DNA of 64,000 nucleotides from Cladosporium halotolerans (lineage: Eukaryota): positions 744,001 through 808,000 of the forward strand of contig NW_027191458.1 in the NCBI RefSeq assembly GCF_011745625.1. The letters run 5' to 3'. Position numbers and translations under genes: made by a program. Of this stretch, positions 45,368 through 56,384 are shown one piece after another (the first letter of the stretch is position 1; every line of letters begins with the position of its first letter). The notes under the pieces are model-generated. The model saw only the letters and a list, made by a program, of their open reading frames with translations. It did no database searches and was not told the origin of the DNA.

Positions 45368-46548
45368 CTAGTTTAACAAGTTTCGCGATATGCCGCCGGC
45401 AGCAAAGCGAGTAGGATCCGGTTGTGGATGAGTGACCAAAGGAGACGAGGGAGGAAATGCGCTTTTGTCGAAATAGAGCCTGTTCCCAGTAATATGAGAC
45501 GTATTAGAGTCGATCCAGAGAATGAGTCGCTCCAGCAGACCATCGAGTCCAAGAGCTGGTAAGCCACCGCGCAGACTGACCATTCGAGTGAGTCCTTGCA
45601 TGTGTGTGTTGCAGATGGAGCGGTCGCCAAAAAGAGCCTCGAAAGATGCCATCTTGGCGACAGCAACAATCAGTTGGTCGGAGGTGCCACGGCCCTCCTC
45701 AGCTAGGGCGTTGTTGACCTCGCGAATGGCCATGCCTCTGAGCTGTAGTAAGTCAATCGTGTGCGATTTGCTTCCTCGCACTCGGCCATAGTGTGATGCA
45801 GCCATCAGCATTATGGCGTGAACGGACGCTGGGTCGGTCATGATGAACGGGAAGAGTTGTGTCCGTAGTAAACCTGTCGCATCAGGACTATCGAGGTCTG
45901 GATTATCAACCGCCATATTCGTGAGATAATGATCCTGCAAACATTAGTGGGGCCGATAGAGGCACTCAGGGGATTTTCATACCAGTATGCGAGCTACGTA
46001 TGGGTGCCATGCTTCTGGGTAGATGTCATTCAAGACAACTTGATGCTGTGGGGTATGCGCCGTCGGTGAAGGACTAGGCGACGGGGATTTCGAAGCTCGT
46101 GGGCTTCCCCGCCTCGACTGAGAGTGACCCTCGTGGAGCTCTGACAGGTTTGGGCGGTTGGAAGGAGTGGTTGCCGCATGCGCTCGCTGCGGTGGCGGCT
46201 CCTCTTTGTCTGTCCGAGTGTGGTAACTGTTGGACCTTCTTGCTGCTGTGAGCGCTAGCTCGCGCTGATGCTGTTGCTTTGTGACATGGCTTCGAACTTT
46301 TTTGCGGTGCTGCGAGGTCTTTGCTTCTGATGGATGGGTAAAATTCAGAAACTGCCAGTCGACCTTCGAGGCTTCGGTCGGAGAAGAAGCCTTGCTGTCT
46401 GCCAAACCGTCAGTATCGCTCCACACGACATCTTATGGAAAAAGCAAAGTCGTTGGGACTCACTGCTGCTGGCATCTGATCTTGATGTAGGTGAGCGGCT
46501 CGGTTGTACAGGCTCGCGCTGCAGGTCAGCAGTCCTTTTGCTCGTCAT
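45368..46548 (-). CDS. Fungal-specific transcription-factor-like protein (Fungal_trans_2-like domain, no Zn cluster); introns 46399-46463, 45935-45982
   Basis: Basic motif WQFLNFTHPSEAKTSQHRKKVRSHVTKQQH. C-domain DPASVHAIMLMAASH..AIREVNNAL..SDQLIVAV..HMQGLTRMVSLRGGLPALG..LILWID. Splice sites are canonical and frame-consistent. Confidence 0.82.
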
Positions 46549-48108
46549 AACCTCTGTAGTGACGACCAAATCGCCGTAGAGTGGGAAACGCAGCGGTCGC
46601 AAGCAATGCATCCAGGGACATCGAGGGAATATATGCTGCGATGGAGTCGAGATTTCCAGGGGGCTCTTCGTCCTCGCGTCTTCAGTGCACCATGCAGCAT
46701 GCAATGTCGCGCAATGCAATGTGCTTGAAAGCGCACCTGGGGTCTGCTATTGGAAGACCGGTGGCGACCAGTCAATGTTGTGGTGGAGGCAACAGGGTAG
46801 GGAAAGTGATCAGGTAGTGTCTTACGCTCCACCGTCCTGGGCAATCAGAAGAGCCACGGTGCCTGTCGATATGCAGCCATGAGAGGAGCCACCTGCGAGC
46901 CCATCCCCGAGACAGCGCTTGGGTGCTACTATTGGCTCACCGATGAATTGGCTCAAGCCAGATCAGCTGCCGAATGGCAGATGCACTCGCGAACTGTTTG
47001 CTCGGGGTTTTGGCTGTGGGGGCTCCGGCCCACTGCCCTGAAAGCCACTACCGAAGCGGACCAGACACTTGGGTGACAGGCTTCGTAATGGGCGGGCAAG
47101 AGCTGAGCGCGATCTTCGCTCTATGTCTTCTGGGCTGCTTCTACGCACTATCCTTGCGGACGCCCCGACACAGGTGCGGGACCCCATTGGCTGCACTAGA
47201 ATCCGCCAGCGTTATTACATCGGACGCACACCTCACTCTGCTTTGTCCGCCAGCAGACCTGCGCACTTTAGTCTCTATGTAGAGCCCCAAGCCGTACATA
47301 CATAGTGGACATGTATAGTACAATCACAGTCTCGCCGGAGCGGCGAACTCCGGCCACCGGATTCCCGCAGGAGATCTGTCGTGCCGTCGTACAAAGTTGC
47401 ACCGAGCACCTGGCGTACTGGGTCGCGAGCCGACCCTTAAAGTCGGCGGGCAAGGATGGTGATGCGGCATTGTGCTGAGTGCATGGGTGGCGATCTTCCG
47501 GGTGATCACTGCCCGGGTGACACGAGTGGAAGTGGCTCACGATAACGTCGAGTCGTAGCGGTGCCAATTGTTCGCGAGCAGAGCCGGCCGCTAATTACTC
47601 TCCAACGCAACAACGTTTGATGTAGTGTTGCAAGTGCGCGGCTGTGCTTCCACGCGAGCTGGTCGTTGCGGGCTCGGTCGCGCCTGGGAACCCCATAGGA
47701 GACGCCTAACCGAAAGGAGGCATTCGACAAGATCGACAGACTTTGCTGGGCTTAGAGGCGCTCGGACCGCGGCATTGAAGTGAACGGGCAGCAGGAGTCA
47801 GCTCGCTGCAGGTATTGCGTAACCGCGTCGCTCGGGCCAATGGCACCATGTTGCAGGGTCGAGAATAGCTGCACATGTCAAGAACATGCCCTGCATACCT
47901 GCCGCCACGGCCGTGAGAGGCAAAACAAGACACAACGACGCTCTTTCAGGTTGAATGCAGTCCAGGAGAGGCTGAGGATGGCAAAGCGTCGGATGAGGCT
48001 GAAGTGGTACTAGTCTAATCTGGGACGCTGTGGCAGTGATACGCACGCGGCGTTCCGGCTGCACATCCCGCAGCCATCCGGCACGCAGCTGAATCTGCAG
48101 CGGCGATC

Positions 48109-48855
48109 ATGGCATTAGCACAACCACGTTGTTTTCATTCGCACTCGGAGCAGTGTTCGTGTAGCCCATCTGATTGTGTCGCTTCAGAAATGAGGCTTTC
48201 TCCAGAAGCGGCTCGATCGTCAGGCCACGACACATCAGCGTCGCACAACGTGCGGCGGCACACCAGGAACAAGAAATCCGATCCATTCTTGGAGCTGCCA
48301 AACGATGTCAACATTACCGAACAGCCAAATCCGCGGAGCCGGCAAGACAGCGACGAGGCTAGCGAGGGCGACTCGCTTTTCGCTGATGTACGCCCATTCC
48401 TGCACTTGCCCACCTAACTCGGTGCGAGATAGCTGACTGCGGACGCCTTGCAGCTTGTGCTTGCGCCGCTGAATATGATCACCTTCATCATCAGCCTCGT
48501 TCTAGTGGATGAGCAACAGCGCCAATGGCGTCTGTCACAGCACGCCCCAAGTTCGCCACCCGCCTGGCGACGCTTTGCCCACTGGTCTGGTTCTCAGCCG
48601 GAGCCGTATCAGGACTCCGACACATCAGAGTGGAGCCAGCGAGCGGGTGCGTCGAGTCGACCTGCTTCGCAACGTGCCAACTCATTCCAAGGCTGGTATG
48701 CTCGTAAGAAGAAACGGGCCATCGCGAAGCTTGAGATCGGCGACGCACTGGATATGCGAGGTCGTGTGTTGGTGGCGCTGATTGCATGGGCCGTTTTGGG
48801 GGCGTTGGCACTCTATTACGCACTGCGGCAGGTATATAAATGGCTTGCGGCTTGA
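48109..48855 (+). CDS. Hypothetical membrane protein with 2 hydrophobic segments (intron 48388-48453)
   Basis: GAT|GTACGC..GCTGAC..CAG joins to LVLAPLNMITFIISLVLVD..KKRAIAKLEIGDALDMRGRVLVALIAWAVLG. The start may be 48109 or 48190. Confidence 0.7.
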
Positions 48856-49631
48856 AGGGTGCTGCCCGCCGATAACGACATCCCCGCTCGTGGGTGTGAC
48901 AAACTATTTGAGTTGCCTGCAAAATATTGTGTCCCGGTCACAATAACGGTCGCTACCTTACACTGCAATTTAGCGAGAGCGTGGCGTCGGAGTCGGAGCA
49001 CACGGAAGCGGCGATGAGAAGCGAATCGGCGGTCAGTTCTGATCACGACCAAAAAGGAAACTGAACGGATGATGGATTTTCTCAATTCCTCTAAAAACGT
49101 TGGTGCAGATGAGGTGAGGTCGCTGGGCCTTGGCAGCGCAGAAGACAAACGCGATTTAATGAGGAAAGAACGACCCAGTGCGGAATGACAGCTATCAGAA
49201 ATCGGCCTCTCGCGGCAACGAGGGCATGCAGACATCGCGTGTCCGAAGGGTCGCAGCCTTCTCCGAGGAACATCCCATCCTACGTTTTTGAAGGAGAAGA
49301 TAGCGCCCCATGTTTTCTACTATCGGTAGCCGTTGAGGAAGAGCAAGGACTTTAACGGCTCTAGCTTCTCAATAATAAATCCTCTCGTGTACTATGACCT
49401 TGTTGCAGACATTGAGGCGCGACAGTGAAGACTTGATAAACGAAAAGGAACCGCAGACATCTGAAGGTACCTCGAATTACCTTGCAATAACGCAACGATC
49501 TATAAACTTCTCGGAGCGGACAGCGTCCAGCTCCAGACCAAGTTCCTTACAAGCGCCCGATTCTAGCCATATTCATTATCCATCGTGTGTCCTCGATCCA
49601 GCATCTGTCTTCAGATGGGTGCTCGAGATCA

Positions 49632-51227
49632 TTACTCATCGTCGATGAACTCCACCATCACCGTGCCATTCTTTAGGCCTGCTTCCGCAATCGGCACGTC
49701 CAACATGTCGATGAGATTCTTGCCCATAGTGATGAGCTCGAAACTTGTGTTCTCCTTTCCTTCGAAGGGAGCCGCCTTGAGCCACTCGTAAATGCGAGAG
49801 ACGGGGTCAGAGAGTGAGAAGCGGCGCACAATGCGGCCACCGGAGTAGCGGAACTGAATGCGCGTCGTCTCCTTCGGATCGGTGGATGTGGGTTCCTCAT
49901 GTGGCGACGTGGAAGAGATACGCCCGAATGGCGTGTCGTCGCTTGCTGCAGGCGCAGTACTTCCGTTGGTTCCAGATGGCCCCATGTCCGCGGTATCCAT
50001 AGCTTCCGACACGGAGGCGCGCCCTTTGCCCTTGCCATCGGCGGCTTTCGTGAGTGCGTCGGGGTCTTCTTCGCGCTCTTTGTTACCACCGTTCGCCAAG
50101 CTGTTCTGCATAGCCATCTCGAGCATCTCTTCTTCACTCATCTGCCCAACGTCCTTCTTGCGCTCCTTCCGTTGTGTCTGCACGGGGTTCTTCGAATGCA
50201 TGCTGAGGCTGTAGCGGTCAAGGAACTCGTGGAGATCCATCAGGAAATCTGAGGGTTTCGGTCCGGGGGAACCAGACCACGTCTTGACCTGCTCGCCCGT
50301 TCTAGGATCGACGATTGCAATGTGCGGATAGGAATCTTCGTTGTCGCGGTGCATGCTGAAGTAGTAGTTGACATATTCCTGTCCACGAGGGTCGTCCTTG
50401 TTGTACTGCAGGAAGATGAAGTGCTCCTTGATGGTGTCCTTGATGGACTCGTTCTTCCAGATGTCACGGTTCAAAACTTGGCAATCAAAGATCGAGGGAT
50501 CTTGGACATTGACCAAAATCCACTTTTCTTCCTCCTTACCCTCGTCGCGCGCCGCTGAAATGGGAATGGGCGAAATTAGATCGAAAGGCGGGCGGAATAG
50601 GTCGGCGAGAAGGTTTGATTTTGAGGTGGCATCGGAGGCTCCTCCAGTGGCTCTTGAAAGCACGCGGCGGTGGGCTTCAGGATCTTCAGGATTGTCCTCT
50701 GACCAGATCGAGGCCTCGTCCCGCTGGTTGAAGATGCCGGCGCGCTGAGCCTGGCGGTGCCTCATACGAGCATTCATTTGCTCACCGATAGCCGCCTGCA
50801 TCTGGTCGGGATCATCTCTCCAGTCGCTGCCAGGTCCAACGAGCGTCTCCGTCGTCCGCGCCATCGGTGCTCTCACGCCTTCTTCGTCAACGTCGCCCAT
50901 TCCAGCTCCACCGCCGCCACCTCCGGCGCCGTACATCTCTTGCTGTAACCGACGAGCCATAGCTTCGTCATCCTCGGTCGAAAGACCACCTTGTGCACCG
51001 GTGGTCTCCATGACATCGTCATCGTCATCATCAATATTGATCGGATCATCTCTTGTCGAAGCTGGCTGCGCCTGAGCCGCGGGTGCCGAGCCAGCAAGAT
51101 CGGGGTTGTTGAAGAAAAGCTCGATGGCCTGCTCTACGTTGCCATCGCTGAACTGAAGATACTGTTGTGCCTGCTGTGGCGTGGTTGAGGTGATAGAGCA
51201 GAAGGTCGTGATCGCTTCATCGTCCAT
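49632..51227 (-). CDS. UBX-domain Cdc48/p97 cofactor (UBA-like, UIM, UAS, UBX; Ubx5/UBXN7-like)
   Basis: N-terminal AITTFCSIT..AQQYLQFSDGNVEQAIELFF, DDEAMARRLQ, LADLFRPP, UAS KWILVNVQD..FDCQVLNRDIW, SEEEMLEMAMQNSL, UBX TTRIQFR..RIVRRF..EAGLKNG. Confidence 0.93.
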   Translation of the reverse strand: MDDEAITTFCSITSTTPQQAQQYLQFSDGNVEQAIELFFNNPDLAGSAPAAQAQPASTRDDPINIDDDDDDVMETTGAQGGLSTEDDEAMARRLQQEMYGAGGGGGGAGMGDVDEEGVRAPMARTTETLVGPGSDWRDDPDQMQAAIGEQMNARMRHRQAQRAGIFNQRDEASIWSEDNPEDPEAHRRVLSRATGGASDATSKSNLLADLFRPPFDLISPIPISAARDEGKEEEKWILVNVQDPSIFDCQVLNRDIWKNESIKDTIKEHFIFLQYNKDDPRGQEYVNYYFSMHRDNEDSYPHIAIVDPRTGEQVKTWSGSPGPKPSDFLMDLHEFLDRYSLSMHSKNPVQTQRKERKKDVGQMSEEEMLEMAMQNSLANGGNKEREEDPDALTKAADGKGKGRASVSEAMDTADMGPSGTNGSTAPAASDDTPFGRISSTSPHEEPTSTDPKETTRIQFRYSGGRIVRRFSLSDPVSRIYEWLKAAPFEGKENTSFELITMGKNLIDMLDVPIAEAGLKNGTVMVEFIDDE

Positions 51228-52176
51228 ATTGTCGTTGCGTCGCGCGTGCGACGGAAATGTAAGGGGTATAAAGCGCTGCGGGATGTGGTGTCCGTGGGTG
51301 CGCCGAAGATAACGGTGAAAGTAAAGAAGAAGTCGGTTTGCTGAATGTGCGCAGCTTTGAAGGCGATCTCGAAGCTTCTGAGCAAAGTGCGTGGACGTGG
51401 GGTTCCGCCGGCTTTCGTGAGTTTCTGACAGTGATGAAATACCGCAGGGGTATGAGAGGACAAACTGTCGCAAACAGTGTGCCTTTTGCAAGTGACGGGT
51501 CTTGGATAGCGGAGCTTGGGAATCAAAAGGTTGCGTTGTCTGGTGCCATCCCGCTGCACGTCATTGTTGGGGTGTGCCCTGGATGTCGCTTGACTTTCCG
51601 TTCACATGCCAATTGCGACAGCCACGGGTGAGCTGTGACACCTGTGGGCGGTTACGTTAAGGTATTTCACTGCTTATATTACCCAAGGATTTGTGGCATG
51701 TGGCCAATACATTTTCAAAAGACATGTCATTTCTTGAAGACACAGGCTTGTAAAGAACCATGTATGCGGCTGTCACGCCGCGCCAATGCGAGCTATCAAT
51801 TACCACCTCTGCGGTCTGATTGAATGTACTACAAACTTTCTGATGCACAAGCCGATGCAATCAAGTTGATGGAGAGCTGTGCGTCTGGCACTACGGCCGT
51901 CGCTAAAGCACATCTACCATGGCTTCTTTACATGTTTCGATTTCACGAGTCTTTGTATTCAAGTCGTTCGACTCTTTCCGCTTTGCGAGAGAAAAGCAGG
52001 TGGTAACGTGCCATCTCTTCTTTCAGACTATTTACGCCCAGTCTCCGACTGAAAACTTTCTATTTTCTATACTCGACCACGTAGCAGCTTTACCAGGCCC
52101 GCACGAGGTGTAGGTACATAGAGCATACGAAGATGTAAGATGACAGCATCAATAGCTAGTAAGATATGCGTCCGCT

Positions 52177-53489
52177 TTACAGTGAGTCCTTGAAAGTCCC
52201 GGTATCCACAGTCGAAGTCTTGCCCGCGGCGTGGAGGATCAGCTTCTTGTATCCACCGACAGCATCTTGAAGCTGATCCTCAGTGATCGCTTCGTGATCA
52301 GAGTGGGCCACCAAGATGGTTCCCGGACCGTATAAGTACCTCTTCTGGCCGTCCACGCTCTTCTTGAGATTGGGAATATCAGTGCCGTAGTTGACGATGA
52401 ATGTGTCGAACCCAGGAACGTCAGCATCAATGTCGACCGGGCTGTAGCCTTCGCCGGAGAACTCAATGTCCAGAATATCGGCGGGTTGTTGGTCTTTCTT
52501 CAGGAATTTCGAGATTGCAGTGTTTATCGCAGTAGTAGTCTCATTTCTCATGAAGGCAGGCGTACCTTGAGCAATACGTATGGCGACAAGCGCCTCCGCA
52601 GACTCGGCCACGACATTGTGCGCAACTCCGCCCTGAATTTTGCCCAGGTTGATGGTAGTCACGCCGAACTTCTCGTCAACGGGTAGGTTCTGTCCGAGCT
52701 CCATCAGGGCCGCAAGAGCGGTCACAATCACCTCGTTGGCACTGAGACCCAGCCAAGGATAACCCGAATGAGCAGCCTTGCCCTTTGCGTGGAGCTTGAA
52801 GCTCAACATGCCCTTGTGTCCCGATGCAAGCTTGCCTTCGGTAGGCTCGCCGAAAATGATCGTACTTGGCTTTAGGTTGAGGTCATTCGCGGCACGCATA
52901 CCGTCACCGCCAACCTCCTCACCTACTACATACAAGAAGGAGACATCATCGGGATTGATCTCATTGTCCTGGAGAAGGCTGTTGGCTGCGATGATCTGGG
53001 CGGCTACGCTGGCTTTAGCGTCCACTGAGCCGCGGCCAGAGATTGTTTTGTCGTTGTGGTGTTTGTAATCGTAGAAAGGCGGCACCTAGGCTTCGGTTCA
53101 GCCTCGATTGCAAAGAGGAAGGCTAGACTTTAAAGATCACTTACGGTGTCGATATGGCTCGAGACCAGCACTTTGGCATCTCGCTTGCTACCCGGCCACG
53201 CAAGAACGTTGAATCTCAGTGGATCCTTCGCAACGATCTGCTTCTCGACATTGTAGCCTTGAGAACTTAGACTTTCGAACAGCCAGTTGCCAACTGCCTC
53301 CTCGTTACCACTGATAGACTCTATCTGCGTGAGGTTCTTGTGGAAGCCGAATAAATCATGCGTGAGGTCGAGATGACCGTGAGTAACGTCGTCTCTCAGA
53401 ACATCCTGCGAAGGCTCGCGAGTATTACTAGATGCAAGCACGTTGAAGGCGTACGCGCCTATCAGAATGGCGGTTCGCGACAAGAACAT
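52177..53489 (-). CDS. Secreted M20-family metallopeptidase (ArgE/DapE-like); intron 53086-53144
   Basis: Signal-peptide-like N-terminus. Metal-ligand motifs SHIDT|VPP, GRGSVDAKAS, VGEEVGG, FGEPT, AAHSGYP, YGTD, AHSDHE. Confidence 0.92.
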
Positions 53490-53956
53490 CGTTATCTGAG
53501 GCAGAAAGGTGTGGGATGTTTCAAGTGAAGTCGGCCATGCAGGAACAAGGCGGTGGCACGAAACCCCGCCATTGTCGACGCGCTAATAAAGCCGCATTGT
53601 TTTGGACGCCCGTACATCATGCAGCAGCAGCGAACATCCCGGTCCCGTGCGACGGTTTGTTTTGTTGTTTCATAATTGGGTCCTGTTACGCCACATGCTT
53701 CCACAGGCCACAGCACCTCTTCGAGTTACATTCTGCTTGCAGGCATAATGCCGTAATTGCGACGCAGTGTCTCACACCTTGTACCTTCCGCCTCCTTCCT
53801 TCCTGCCCACGACCCTCACACCGCAACGCGCATGGCTAGCATTGCTCTGAACCCCTTCACCGACAATTAGAACTACGAACTTACGACGACACGACACATT
53901 GATTCGCGGCTCGCATACCATAGGCCGCAGCCCCCACCTGATACTCGAGGCCAACC

Positions 53957-55990
53957 ATGGCGGCCACTATGAACAGCGGTCATGCCGATCCGGAGACAAT
54001 ATACACAAAGCAATCATGCATAGGAGGAGGCAGCTTCGGCAAGGTATACAAGGGCGTCGATAAGCGGACAGGACAGTCAGTGGCAATCAAGATCATCGAC
54101 GTGGAAAACGCGGACGACGAGGTGGACGATATCATTCAAGAGATCTCCATTCTCTCAGGTCTCAACTCGCCATACGTCACCAAGTACTATGGCTCCTACC
54201 TGAAAGGTTCCGACCTGTGGATCATCATGGAGTTCTGCTCAGGCGGCAGCTGCGGTGACCTGTTGAAGCCCGGTCTCATACCAGAAGACTACATTTGCAT
54301 CATCGTGCGGGAGCTACTCTTGGGTCTTGAATATTTGCACAACGACGGCAAGCTCCACCGTGACATCAAAGCTGCGAACATTCTACTTGGAGCGAATGGT
54401 CAGGTCAAACTAGCCGACTTCGGTGTTTCCGGTCAACTCACCGCGACGATGACCAAGAAGAACACGTTCGTAGGTACGCCTTTCTGGATGGCGCCGGAAG
54501 TCATTAAGCAATCTGGCTACGACCACAAGGCAGACATCTGGTCCTTGGGTATCACTGCTTTAGAGCTGGCTCTCGGAGAGCCTCCGTACTCTGACATCCA
54601 CCCCATGAAAGTCTTGTTCCTCATTCCGAAGAACCCTGCGCCGATGTTGGAAGGTCAATTCAGTCGGGACTTCAAGGATTTTGTGCACCGTTGTCTTCAA
54701 AAGGAGCCGCAGAAACGGCCAAGTGCAAGGGAACTTCTACGCCATCCATGGGTGAAGAAAGCAAAACGCACAGCATATCTTACAGAGCTCATTGAGAGGC
54801 ATGAGAGATGGCAAGCCACCCATCGCGAGGACGGCGATAACGACGAGGACGACCCCTACGAAGATTCTCCCGCTCGCAATAGCGAAGACGAAGATCTCTG
54901 GGATTTTGGAACCGTCAGGCCCGTGGGCGGTCGTGCTCGAGGCAACAATGGTGGAGCACTGAGGCCGATGAACGAGAGTGGAATGAACTCACGGAGCTCG
55001 CGCATGCAGACATCGCCGTCAAGACGGTCCGTCTCAAATAAGGAAAATGCGCCAGCTGATGATGTCGAAAACACGAGTCGTGGGACCATCAGAGGGAGCA
55101 TGCTCCCTCCTCCCCTTCCTCGGACACCCTCCCCCTCGAAACCACAGCAAGTCCTCCAATCCCCAGGCGCTGCTGCAAAGGTCCCCTTACCTGCGTCGCC
55201 AACCCGTAGACCTGTTCCGGCTGTCGAGACCCCTCAACTATCCCCAGAAAACAAGCCTACTGCGTCACCTCGACCACCCGCCACTCCTCAATCGCCTCGT
55301 CACCTAAATGACGATTTCTTACAGCAAAGCATTGCAAGCGACATGTCTCAGTACATGAAAGGACTATCACTGAAAGACGACCCGGCATCAAAATCAACAC
55401 CTGCACCGTCCCAGCTCCCGAGCAGCGACCGCCCAAGCGCAAACCATCTGAACCCTCGGCCAGAACCACCCGTCCGAACACCCTCGAACGATCTCTTCGA
55501 AAAGCCCGTGCCATCACTTGCACCGCCCAACAAAGGCCAGATACGAACACCCACCACTACCACACCAAACCCCTCCGCAACCCCCGACCCGACCCCCCGC
55601 CACCAAACCGAACCCGCCGCCCCCTCCACCTCCAGCCGCCACACCCCCCACCAAGAACCCCCCGTCACCGCCCTCACCTCCGTCGTCATCCCCGCCCTCG
55701 AAGCCGCCATGCACCGCCGCAGCTACCAGCTCTCGCTCATCGCCAAGCAGCACGCCGCCTCGGCCGCCTCGCTGCCGGCGCCCGCGGCCGCGCAGGCGGA
55801 CCGCCAGCTCGCGGAGCGCAAGGCCCAGCACGACCTGATCAAGAAGTACATGGCGAAGGCGTGCAAGCTGTTCAGGGACATCGACTACCTGGACGGCGTG
55901 GCGCCCGTGGGCATGGGGGACGGCGTCGAGGGGCTGCTGGAGGGGTTTTTGGAAGAGGTGCTTTGTCGGGTTGAGGCGGAGGATGCGTAG
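53957..55990 (+). CDS. Ste20-like GCK-III Ser/Thr kinase (Mst3/STK24-like)
   Basis: N-terminal kinase domain IGGGSFGKVY, VAIK, HRDIKAAN, DFG, NTFVGTPFWMAPEV. Then DLWDFGTVR and a C-terminal LEGFLEEVL helix. No intron needed. Confidence 0.94.
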   Translation: MAATMNSGHADPETIYTKQSCIGGGSFGKVYKGVDKRTGQSVAIKIIDVENADDEVDDIIQEISILSGLNSPYVTKYYGSYLKGSDLWIIMEFCSGGSCGDLLKPGLIPEDYICIIVRELLLGLEYLHNDGKLHRDIKAANILLGANGQVKLADFGVSGQLTATMTKKNTFVGTPFWMAPEVIKQSGYDHKADIWSLGITALELALGEPPYSDIHPMKVLFLIPKNPAPMLEGQFSRDFKDFVHRCLQKEPQKRPSARELLRHPWVKKAKRTAYLTELIERHERWQATHREDGDNDEDDPYEDSPARNSEDEDLWDFGTVRPVGGRARGNNGGALRPMNESGMNSRSSRMQTSPSRRSVSNKENAPADDVENTSRGTIRGSMLPPPLPRTPSPSKPQQVLQSPGAAAKVPLPASPTRRPVPAVETPQLSPENKPTASPRPPATPQSPRHLNDDFLQQSIASDMSQYMKGLSLKDDPASKSTPAPSQLPSSDRPSANHLNPRPEPPVRTPSNDLFEKPVPSLAPPNKGQIRTPTTTTPNPSATPDPTPRHQTEPAAPSTSSRHTPHQEPPVTALTSVVIPALEAAMHRRSYQLSLIAKQHAASAASLPAPAAAQADRQLAERKAQHDLIKKYMAKACKLFRDIDYLDGVAPVGMGDGVEGLLEGFLEEVLCRVEAEDA

Positions 55991-56384
55991 ATATTCTTTC
56001 TCGGGCTCGGGTTTCTCGTCTTCTTTTCTTTGCTTTGCTTTTGGAAGCGGCTAGGGTTCTTTTCTTTTCGTTTGCGGGCATGGCGTTTTGGCATGGCGGT
56101 GATGGGCTAGGCATGGCGATGTGGCGTTGGAAATCTTCATAGGCAAGCAAGCAAGCAAGCATTGAAATCAGAAGCGCCAACAATCGCACTGCGTTGCGCG
56201 GACTACCAAGCCCCTTATTCGCTCCGTACCCGAACGGACCACATCTCGTCGTGAAAAAAACAACCCCCAGCAGCAGAGCCGCGTATACCAAATGCCATGC
56301 AACGACGAAGGCCCTTGCTCGCCGCAAGAATGCAGATGCTCTCCACCCCAAAACGCCCCTTCTTGTTTCCTCCAAAATCACAAC

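Noticed and set aside
9062..53489. Methyltransferase, car2, MRI1, GGCT and M20 peptidase as a metabolic gene cluster
   Set aside because: Spread over 44 kb among unrelated housekeeping genes, with no backbone enzyme or transporter.
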